Part shown: positions 40,910 to 52,324 of the stretch, piece after piece
How positions within the stretch are numbered: the first letter of the stretch is position 1
Layout of the letters: each line of letters opens with the position of its first letter
NCBI RefSeq assembly: GCF_000150275.1
Contig: NW_002060943.1
Location: 2,296,738-2,360,737, forward strand
DNA: 64,000 bases
Source: Trichoplax adhaerens
Lineage: Eukaryota > Animalia > Placozoa
Direction: 5' to 3'
Position numbers and translations under genes: made by a program
Notes under the pieces: generated by a model
What the model was told of the DNA's origin: nothing
What the model saw: the letters and a program-made list of their open reading frames with translations, nothing else
The model's database searches: none

Positions 40910-43900
40910 AATTGGACGACGTAGTTCTTTCTGGATAAAATTCTAATGAGGCTCATTAATGCATTCTCATTTACAGCATAGTCGCCGCTGTTTTATAAAA
41001 GAATGGTTACTGCTTAACATGCTGATGACCAAATTTACTAAGCCAAAATTTAGCTCTGGTCACTCATAATTGCCATAGTAAAGCACTTAAAAGGTTAATC
41101 TTGATCAGAAAGTGCTAATTAATAGCCATAATTTTCCAACCACACTTAATTTCTTAACAGATTTTTGCAGCAGCCAGTACTGCTATAAACGAAACATCGT
41201 AAATTGTCAGTAACTAGATGGGAATTAAATGAATAATTAAGTCTATGCATAAATACGACACCATTAACTTGCACTCATTATATAATTGGTAAACAATAAC
41301 ATTATCATTGGTTTTGCAGCAATTCAACAAGTTGTTATAGTTGATGTTGAAAATCGCTGTTAATGTTCATACTACAATTTTTTCTTATAATAGATAAGTA
41401 GAAAGAATTGATGAAATTTTAGTCGATTAATTTAAATACGGTTATGAATTAGCCGTTGCATATTAAATTTAAGCTACACAATTAATTTGAGTAGAGGCAC
41501 GAACATTAGCTAAAGGCTACCTGATGACAGTCAAATTGTAGTTAACATAGATTGCACAAGTACAATATTGGTACTCACGATATTAAACTCGATTGGGGCA
41601 AATTGCACGTACATCTGTAAATGAATGAAATTTTGCTGCCTCGTTAAATTAAAGTAATATCCAATATCTATACGCGCACATTTGATGCATACGTTGCTAT
41701 TATACGAGTAGTAAATATGAACATATTTCCGAAGTCCTATATCCAACTTACTATAGAGGATGCTTTACATATACGTATTTCAATTTCTAAAGTTATAATA
41801 TCAAAAATTCAGAAATAGACATTTTTGCTAATTTATACCCGGTATATCTAGGATGCAAATGGCGTCATACAGTAAAATGGTAATGATTACTGTATGAAAT
41901 AACTATTTGCTACAATAAAGTCACAAAGTGATTTATTATCGGTGTTTTATATAATTAAGGTTAATAAATATTTTATCCAATTTATGTTTGAATCATTTTA
42001 GCTTGCTGGAATAATATAATTATACTTTAGTAGTATTATGAGTACATTGAAGAAAGGTATGTATAGACTAATATAGACTAAACAGATTTGTTAATGAAAG
42101 GCTTTTTGCGTTGGGTTTCTCGATTTACGTAACATGCGAAAATTAACGAACTAAAAGAAGGATAAGATGGGGATACTTATTTCAGCATCGAGGAAAAGAA
42201 TTAACATTTGAGGAATAACATATTTCAAATGACTTAAAGTTCAGTCTTCAGATATATTTAATAAACTAAATGGAAATTCTTTTTACCTCGTGTTTTCATA
42301 ATATAATGGAGCTAGTTTTATACTAGACAAGCACTATATAAAGTACTAAAGCTAACTTTCCAGAAACAGAATATATTTTAAAATAGTATGGATTAAAAAA
42401 ATAGACAGCTGTACGATTAAGTCATCATTTTAATTATGACAATAATGTTATTGATCTTATCTTATTACTCGGGGTAGATTTTGTTCCTACAATGCTCTGC
42501 TGTATTGAAACTGAATTACTTTTTTAATTTAAACTATTACTAGTAGCACTAATCATTTTAAATTATGGTTTTATTTATAATATGTTTATTTTCACAAATA
42601 TTTTTCTTTTAATATTTCATTATCATAGTTATAGATGCTGCCATTTTAATTTAATTATAGGCCGTATTCGGGCATCTTTAATTAATTGCAATAGGTTGTA
42701 TCTATTCCTAACATAGAAGATAGACCCGGTTATTAGATAAATGATACCTTTGTATTCAACAACTAATTTTACAAACAGGAAAACATGAATAAATTTTGTA
42801 ATTCTTTATCCAACTATTTAGCTTTACAATTTTTCATCAACATCGTCTTGTAAATATTTTATTCTACTTTATTGTTTTGGTTATTTCCTAAATTATCTTC
42901 CGCTAGTTTTGTACTGATGGAGTGATTACAAATGTGATCATATTCGACGTTATTACAAGCATTTATGAGATTATCGATTCTTCTACAACTCAAAGCTTCA
43001 ACATAATAGAGACATTAGTAAAAAGATTGGAATGCATTTGTGTTTAAAGCAGCAGTAACTGTATATGACTATGATTACTTGATTGTGTATCATATAATTC
43101 TATTTTAACGCTTTACTGCTAACCGTTTACGAATACAATTTCCGGACAGCTATGGTCATCATTGGCATTACTCGTAGTCATTACATAAATTGTAAGTCCA
43201 AATATGATGACGTAGAGTTTAATTCTTATCAGTTTAAAAGAATGTTGGATCCTGATAGTACCCAGTAAACTCTTCAAATTCCAATATACTAATTTTCTAA
43301 CTTGTTATTGTATTCCGATTTAATAATTATATAATACATTATTTAATAGTTATGCTTACAATAGTCAAAGGATCTGTTTGCATGCCATATTTAAAGTATT
43401 ACTATTTTAGCTTGTTTACTTAATTTCATAATTCACTAGGTATATATATATATTTAAAGAGTATTTTTTATGTATTACCGTATAACGAAAATCCAGTTGA
43501 GTTATGCAAGACTGCAGTTTATTAATTAAAGCGAGGATTCCACGTATTAATTTGCCATCGTTTTGTTTAAGCTATGGCTTACTCGTGCAGTATTATTTCT
43601 TGTATTATAAAAGAATGTAAGTATGAAATATCGTAAATAGGAATCTATAGTGACTCTACGCGTTAGAAGGAAATGATAATCGAAGGTTACGTAATACGAA
43701 CTGACAGTACTGCAGAATAGAGATCTTAGCTATTCCTCGAATATGTCTGCAATCATTACTAGTTAAAGCATAATTAAAAGTTAAAAAATATAGCAGTCCT
43801 TGAGTCCAGACTAAGAGCTCAGGGTTTTTAGAGCATTGACTAATTAGCTAATTAGTCTTGATCAGCTATAGAAAATGGCTGATTTTCGTATACGTATTGA

Positions 43901-44340
43901 TCCTTGACTATATTTATAAACGGCTTTAGATTGAAAATTTGCAGTAAAGTCGACTAGTCTTAATTAATTATAAGCAAATGGAGCTGATTTTAAGGATTTT
44001 AAGAATTCAAACCATAATATATATTTTCGCCTAGATGAAAACATTTTAATCAATTTATTATTCATTTTAGTTAGTTAAAAAGTAAAACGGCAGCTCAAAT
44101 TCATTAGAATTTGAGATCTAATTGTAAAATTATAATTCAACAGAAATTAAGTCAAATCAGTTGACCTTAGTTAGATATAAGAAAGCTATAAACTATAAAA
44201 TGTAGGTATGAATTAAGCTCCAATGCCATTGCAATTAGGCAAAGAAAATTACAGTCTTGCACTACAGCAAGATATAGTTTCAGATTGATCATATCGTAAT
44301 GGATGTTTCCCGGTACTTACAATAATTTAATGCTTGAAAT

Positions 44341-45459
44341 CTACAGCAACATTTCTTCATGATCATCGTCTTGAGTTTCTGTATTAACCCATTGTATTGG
44401 ATGGGTATTTTGCAAGCCATCGGTGCTTGCAACTATAGTTTGAGTACTTGGATTGTGTACTTGGTAGTTAACATTTCTTGATAAATGATCAATTCTTGGA
44501 TAGCTTGAAAAATTTATCTCTTTGGTACGAAGATTAAATAAGTACATAATTTCATCGCGAATACTACTAGTAAAAAAGGATACTAAAGCTGGATTGATGA
44601 TAGGATAAGTCAGTGCTAAATAACGAAATACAGAATAGACTAAACGTGTTGTCTCGTTAAAATAATATTGTTGTACAACAAATAGAATAAAAAAAGGCAA
44701 CCAACATATAGCAAATAACCCGAGGACAAAAAATAATTGCCGAAGTACTTTTAAATTTCTGGACAAGTTGGATTTTTGCACTGTTTGATTAATAGCATCG
44801 GCTAAGATTTTAGAGCCGCTCTTACGATTAATTTTGACAAGTGCTACTGAATATAGCATAATTGTGGTCAACATTGGAATAAATATTAATGTCACAAAAA
44901 AGATCGTTTGAAAGATTTGATCGTTTTGAATTATTTGATGACTTCTGTTATCGTAGACACAAAATTGACTAGAATAGGGTCGATAAGTATAGAGTGGTAT
45001 AAAACCAGTTACATAAGGAATAATCCAAAATCCAGCAATTAAAATAGCAATATTTCTCGTATTGGATAATATTCGATGACGAAATGGTGTCAAAATGGAC
45101 ATCATTTTATCCAGGCAAATTCCACATATGTGCAAGTTATAACACGTAATAGAAGCAAAAGCAAAACTTGGCGATGTTGAACAGAGAAAAATCGATTGAA
45201 AGCGCCATTCTTCAAATACCCGGCCGGGGAAGATATAGACGATAGGGATAGTGCATCCACATATAAACATACTACATAATATGGCATTGGATGGATTTCG
45301 CAAATTTTTGCGAATTAGAATGATCGACAGAACAAATAAATTGATCACTAAAATTAACATTGCGATTACTAGCCAAGCTGAGTTTTCGGCATTTAGGACA
45401 ATTACTTTAGGGTCAGTTGTAGTAGGTAAAGTTAGATTAAGGCCACTTTGATTCCGCAT
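44341..45459 (-). CDS. Intronless rhodopsin-like (class A) GPCR
   Basis: 372-aa ORF with 7 hydrophobic segments, TM1 N, LRNPSNAIL, TM3 Cys, TM4 W, CWLPF in TM6, INP in TM7 and N-terminal N-glycosylation sequons. Confidence 0.93.
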   Translation of the reverse strand: MRNQSGLNLTLPTTTDPKVIVLNAENSAWLVIAMLILVINLFVLSIILIRKNLRNPSNAILCSMFICGCTIPIVYIFPGRVFEEWRFQSIFLCSTSPSFAFASITCYNLHICGICLDKMMSILTPFRHRILSNTRNIAILIAGFWIIPYVTGFIPLYTYRPYSSQFCVYDNRSHQIIQNDQIFQTIFFVTLIFIPMLTTIMLYSVALVKINRKSGSKILADAINQTVQKSNLSRNLKVLRQLFFVLGLFAICWLPFFILFVVQQYYFNETTRLVYSVFRYLALTYPIINPALVSFFTSSIRDEIMYLFNLRTKEINFSSYPRIDHLSRNVNYQVHNPSTQTIVASTDGLQNTHPIQWVNTETQDDDHEEMLL

Positions 45460-47909
45460 ACTGTAGTTCTTGCAGTAATTAACGGAGAAAGGTTTACTCG
45501 GATATAAGCAATAATTAGAATAGCCACAAATTATGCCTTGGTATTTACACTTGCTTGAGAGATATTACAGTGAGTGATTTTTCTATGTCAACGTAAGGAA
45601 AAGATTAAATAAATTACTGCATTATTTTCATACTTATGTAGCTAAAGGTGATAAAAAGATTTGTCTGGACTTACTGTATCATGAATGGACTTTACCTTAC
45701 AGCATGTCAATGGATGATCTATGCAGATATCCCTAGAGGAGTATGAGGAGACTGGATAGAATCGTTACTTTTGGCCGAATGTAGTCAAATAGCCTTTTCC
45801 AATTACGGCTATTTCCCAATATTTTCAATATGCAAGCTTTAACTGACATATAAAAAGTCTAGTAGCCTTGTAGCCTGAAAGATCAAGATTATAATTACCG
45901 CTTTATAACACAATTCATGTCGATTGTTTACGGATTTTAATATGAAGAAATCGACCGTAAAGTGATACTTCTAAATATAACCGAAGGCGATTAATTTCTG
46001 ACCTAGCCTCTGAACTGCTAATACTACTCTTTTAAATCCAAAGCTATAAAAGTAGAAGCTTATAGTATTACTGAAAAGCTGTCGATATCTATGAACAAAT
46101 ATATATAGTGTTGTTTAGTATGGAATTGGCTTAAACCGCGTATAAGTGCTAAATTACCAACCTTTCACATAAGTTGAAAGCAATCAATATAGCTACTAGT
46201 AAACAAGATCAAGACGCTTATTACCTTGAGCAAGTCAACCTGATCCAGTTTGATATTTATTTATTAAATACGAAGATGTGGAATAGACACTATTGACTAT
46301 AACCTCTTGTTTGATAACTTATCATCAATTTACAATGATCTAGTTAAAGTTTAGTATTTGCGGTCAACGGCTGATTATTGATTAATAAAAATGTGATTAA
46401 AGGTTACTAAAATAATAATTGTTTCGCCTCCGCAGTAAATGGAATAATTTCATTACGTCAAAATCCGATTTCTAACAACTTGTGCAATAAATAGTTTAAT
46501 GATTGTACTAATAATCAGTTTTAGTTGACACAAATAAATGATTTTAAATTTGTTTGTTTGGTTAGTATCATGAATATATTAATTAAATCCTCGAAACATG
46601 ACAGGTAGGATATTAGCGGGCATACGTTAACGCAACAAAATGAATTAGCATAGGCAGATCTTTAACAGCATGGTATCTACAAGATCTAATTAGATCAATG
46701 GAAAAGTTGTGTGTCATTTTTTAACTACAATAGCGTGAAGGCTTGCTGACAATATAGAAAATAAATTGGTTAGATTATGGTGAAACTTGGTGAAAGGTTA
46801 TGATTGATTAGGCTAATGTTAGCTATAATTGAATGTGGACACAAATACCGTATAAATATCACAGTGGAATGTAAACTATCCTTGACAGTGGTTGATAGGT
46901 TGTGAAATATGTTATTATAGTACGCAAGGTTTATAATGATTTGAGTACTTAGTATATTGGCTATATAATGCTATTTTTAGTAACTGCAAAAGTACCTGTA
47001 TACCTATAGTATATCTAAGTTCGGAAAAGAGAATTGTTTATCTCTATAGTTCTTTTTTACCGTATGAAATAGAATATTACTGATTTTAATGATGTAAAGA
47101 AAGACATTAAGCGCAGGTATAATTTAATTTTTACTTACGTATATAGAGGAATATCCTCGTATTAAAGCATTTGATCATGTACTGATTTTATTTAATTAAA
47201 TATCTTCGAATTTGTTATCATCAGCCTCTGATACGGCAGCAACAACAGTTACGTTTTGTACTCCGATACTGTTTATCTTGAACTTGGCACAACTAGAACG
47301 AATGGATAGCTTCGACAATTCTTCTAAATAGAAATATTTCCCTTTTTATTATAGATATTTAGCTTTAATTATAATAACATGAACGCGTGTCAAAAAGGTA
47401 GCATTTCATCTTATTAGCTTCATAATTTTACATCATAGATTTTATATATCTGTTTGTTGCCTCTATAAATCCATAATATACGATGTAGTTGTAGCGTGAA
47501 ACACTGTAATTCAGTAACCAAACAGAATCGATCCTTTTTTATACTAAAGCTGCAGTCGAATACTGGTAAAAGTTTGCGATGTAACATTAATGATATACCG
47601 GTTATAATCAACAACAGTTTTCCTAAATATAGTATGTAGCCATTGGGAAATAACACACATTTTTTCCTACAATATTGATAAACAAAATCTGACTCTATAG
47701 GATACTTTTGGTATGGCTCATGATAACTGTTTACAATTTGATAGAATTGAAATCTACTTTATCAATTATATCGTAGTAGTTTGCAGTTATTTTGTTCCTT
47801 AAAGCAGCATCATAATTCACGTGTCTTACTGATATTGAAGAGCCCGTGATGGAGCATAAAACTTATAGAATTTAATGCAAGTAATCTCATGAATCAAGTT
47901 TCAATAAAA

Positions 47910-50900
47910 TTACTTTAGTAATGAGCAAGACATTGGCGTTAATATATCTGAGTCCATATGGCGTATGAGAGGAACTATAAATTAGAATAAGGAAATTTTA
48001 TAGATTAGCACAGTGGGTAAAATTGATGCAACATTTACATAGGTTTGCATGGTATTTACCGGTATGCATCACACATTCGTCCCATCCAGGCTGACCCCAA
48101 GCACTTTCTCTAGCTTCGGATCGTGTTGGTAAATCCTTATAGGCTAACGGTGATAAAAATTAAAGTACAAATGAGCAATTGACTATATGCAGCAAAATTT
48201 TTAAAATGGATAATGAATAGTTAGTTATTGAGTATTTATAACCTATGCACCGCACCGTTGGTACGTTCGAATACAACTGATCAATATTAAATATGAGTTG
48301 AATACGGTAGCATTAATTGTATAATTTACAATAGTAGCAACTACGTATGAGCTTTTGGTATCAAAGCATCTAGATATGGATTCCTTTGCGTTAAAGTAAG
48401 CGATGCCTACGTATCATGAAAGAATTGACTTACACCATATATGATGAACAGTATATAATTCACCAATTTGCGTGAAAAGACCACATACAGGCTCATTATA
48501 ATCTTTACGATAATTTATTCCTTTAGCCCTAGATAATACAAGTAGAGATATGGTAGCGAAAAATTTTAGGTAATTCCTTATAGTAACGATACTAATAGAG
48601 TTAGATTAAAGGTTTCTTATCATGTTCGATTTGGTAAGAAGTGACTAAGAAATTCTATTACAAGTTTTTTTAATAGTTAATTTATATATTATAAAGATTG
48701 CAAGGCAATTACTACGTGTTTTGATTATTTGCGACTACATGTATGTATTAAGACGAATGAGGAAACCTAATTCGTCTATAGCCTACCAATGTTGCGCCCA
48801 CTCTAATAAGCTTCCAGGCTACAAAAGAAAAGTTACTTGTGAGCTCATGAGAATTGAATTAATATATTTATGATAGATACCAATAAACGTTTACTGCCCA
48901 TGATATGCAAAAACTAGCATTATGATTATGAATACAAATGCAAGTGGCCGTAAGCAGTGAACACACATAGGAGGTAGAATAAAACTGTATAGAGTATAGA
49001 TAGCTATACACCATCTATCTGGTCTTATATTTGCGATAAGTGAGAAGGATTAGCCGCAATCTATCTCAGAGAAAATATTTGTTTGACAGTTGGATAAATA
49101 GATTGATTGATAATATTCATATTCAATCTATATTACGAACCTTTAGATGGTAGGTTCTAAGCTCGTATATATTACCGCCTGATCTAGGTTTGACGTCTCC
49201 CCAAAAACCGAATTCCTGACATAGATGATTATATCGTTTGGCAAGCAATTTATCCATAGCTTGAAGTACTTTCGATAAACCGGGATCATTTCGGCCGTGG
49301 CGATAGGTTTTTTCGTAGGTCTCATATCCGTTTTCGTGCATAAACATATGAACTGTTTAAGCAAAGGGTCACATATGGTGACACAAATTATTAGTCTTCA
49401 TGTTTTAAACTTACTATCACAATATCAGCAAGTATTATAACTCCAAGTATCGATATATTTATTACACAATCATATATTAAATCACCACGAATGAAGATGT
49501 TAAAGATTTACTACTATGAAGGCAGACATAAAAACTTTCTCTTATCGTACAGTAAAATTGCAACAGTACTATGGCTAAATCGTGATTTATTCATTATCCA
49601 ATTTTAAGAAAGGATATTAAGCAATAGGTGTACCTTTTCATATTGAGGTAATGTAATCTACTTAAGTTATAGTGATGTTAGAGAATTAATATCTTATGAT
49701 AAAAAGTACTTCACTATCTTTTATGCCAAATAGAATAACATGAGTTACTCAATCTAGGTCATTTTGGAGCAAAATTTTCTATCATTATAACTTTGTTACT
49801 GTATAGGCTGAAGTGTGTTAATATCCAAGTAGTCGATGTCTTAACGTACCAACTTGGTCCTGCTGGCCAATCTGAGTAGTCCAACTACCCAATAGTTTGC
49901 TAGGAATAAGTTCATTAACTTCTGGCAATGCCGTCTCACTATAAGAAAAATGGATAGATACACACGTTAGTTTGTCTATCATATTTCATCTGAGCATTTC
50001 AGTTCCTTCTAATCCTGGACAAGTATCATGAAATTATATGAAAAGCAGTATACAGTAAATGAGATCATTGCTGGAGCTATTGGAACTTTCTATTTTTCTG
50101 TTATACAAACACTTGTTAATAAAAGGACGAAGCAATTGATCATCAAAATAGGACATGATTTATCATGATCTCTATTGGTTTCAGACTTACCATAGTTTGA
50201 CGTATTCGTTAAAGTGTTGGGGTTGGACGATATGAACTGCAAAAATAGAAATGACCTGAGATAAGATTATACAGTACACGTATTGCAAAATGGATTAATT
50301 CTGCCCAAATTACATCTCTACTATCACGATGTACAAGCGCTTTGCTATTTGTCATCGTACTGAAACTAGAAGCAGGAACAGATGTACTGTTTAAAAGGAA
50401 TATTGATAAAGCTCTACTAAAAGTGTCCTATTCTATAGTCCTCCATTGGAACGGTCATGGAATCCCTTTGAGGCAATTCTCTTGCTAGGCAGAGTAGGAG
50501 ATGTTGGCACCTACTGCTGTTCATCGACTATTTCAAAACAACAATTCTAAAGCAAACAAAGGCCAATGCCCATTGAAAGTAGAGTACGTATCGACTGAAG
50601 AGTATCTTGCTCATCGATTGAATCGATGAGCAAGAGAGATTGAAACAATTACTAGGAGATTCATTGAATGATTGTTATAGAGGAATAGAACGTACATTGC
50701 AATTCATAAATGCGATGCGAATCTGTCAATAATTTGGAATGGGGCAATTCACGTTTTCCTTTCTTGCCACCAAATAATAAATTAAGAAATCCTCCATTAG
50801 CAGGCGCTTTCTCTCGGACAGATTCATTGGCATTTTTCTTAGTGGTTGTACTGTATGATGCAAGAGCTCGATTAGTTTGAGTTAAGGTTAAAGATAAACC

Positions 50901-50942
50901 ATTTCGCAGGATATTGCGTGTCAACAACGCTGTTGCAGCCAT
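47910..50942 (-). CDS. NIPSNAP: NipSnap homolog 1/2 (mitochondrial)
   Basis: Exons 50942-50696 (mitochondrial targeting-like N-terminus; HSKLLTDSHRIYELQ), 50236-50191, 49938-49850 (LLGSWTTQIGQQDQ), 49352-49141 (PRSGGNIYELRTYHLK), 48818-48787, 48528-48434 (FTQIGELYTVHHIW), 48143-48060 (REsAWGQPGWDECV), 47974-47910 (TAA). Confidence 0.93.
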
Positions 50943-52324
50943 GTTGGACTATTATGTCGAGGTGGGCCGAATTGGCGTGAGGAGGCGCAGACATCAGAAT
51001 CTACAGTATAGAGTGTACAGTACTGTACGTTATACTGTACTCTAGTAACAGTACGGTACTGTACCATCAGTACCGTACAGTGGCAATACTGTACAGTACT
51101 GTACTGTGCACTGTACACTGTACACTCTATACTTTCCAGACAGGGGGAGAATGGTCCTTGAGCAGAGTAAAACTACGCAGGCTGTTTTACTGGTCATTTC
51201 AAGTATATTGCATGTCTGTAGCGGAACACTATACTGACGTTGGAGGCTATCATGGACTGCTAAAATGAAAGGAGGTCGGCTTCTTCTTCTAGTAGTCCAT
51301 GGCTTCGTGTAGTATGGTATACTATCGTAAAAATATGAAGGCTATTTTATAGGTCAGCTCAAGTGTATTGCATGTCTGCAGTAGCAAACGATACTGTCGG
51401 CGATTGATACTCCAATTCCAGGCTATGATGGACTATTCAAAGAAGGCCGGTTTCTTCTTCTAGTAGTCCATGACTTCGTGTAGTATGGTATACTATCGTA
51501 AAAATATGAAGGCTATTTTATTGGTCAGCTCAAGTGTATTGCATGTCTGCAGTAGCATGCTATACTGTCCGCGATTGATACTCCAATTCTAGGCTATGAT
51601 GGACTATTCAAAGAAGGCCGGTTTCTTCTTCTAGTAGTCCATGATTTCGTATAGCATGGTAGAGATTTCGGTGATAGTCCAGTTATGGACTACAAAATAT
51701 GATATTGAATGGAGCTAGTAAAGCAACAAGAACGAGAAAGACGTCCACTGGCCGGTCGAAATCCTATGCTAGCTTTTTCAATTCTCATTTTGATTTTTAA
51801 TCAACGACTACGATGGAAAGCAATCCCAGTTTTGATCCACCCTAAACCTTCCCCCTCACCATACAAAACCAAGCTAGCAGCCGAATTGGACCAGCATCGT
51901 GGACAGTCTAGTGTACGTTTGTAGACATACGATATAGTTGAAATGACCAGGAAAAGAATCGACTAGTCATTATTTGCCCGAGTGAACGATCATTTCCGAC
52001 CGCTACATCAAGTCCATCCGTCTCTCCTGTCATCAAAACATACCAACGAAGAGTAGAAGTCGAGTGTAGTAGACGATGTATGAGTTCATATCGTAGTATA
52101 ATACCTATCAAATTGGATCATGGTACTATTGTATACCAACTACCTTCCTGGGGTCCCGGTTCTGCTACGCATGCTCCTGCGATTAGCGCCAATTCAGCCC
52201 GCAACCAAATTCGCTGCTGTTATTTTTGCTCGGCGTTGGAAAGCTTTCAATTCCAGTTAACAACTTGGCGTTGTGCTAACTATCGACCAAATATCACATC
52301 CATCCACGACCATTGTGCTAGGAA
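50943..52324. promoter_or_regulatory. Head-to-head (putative bidirectional promoter) region of NIPSNAP and RANBP1
   Basis: Divergent ATGs ~1.4 kb apart; TACAG cluster at 51000-51125. Confidence 0.6.
51139..52031. mobile_element. Putative non-autonomous TIR element with an internal 171-bp tandem array (~51270-51660)
   Basis: Left end GACAGGGGGAGAATGGTCCTTGA...TTTTACTGGTCATTTCAAGTATATTGCATGTCT matches the reverse complement of the right end (GACAGGAGAGACGGATGGACTTGA...TTTTCCTGGTCATTTCAACTATATCGTATGTCT). TTCTAGTAGTCCAT recurs with period 171. Confidence 0.6.
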
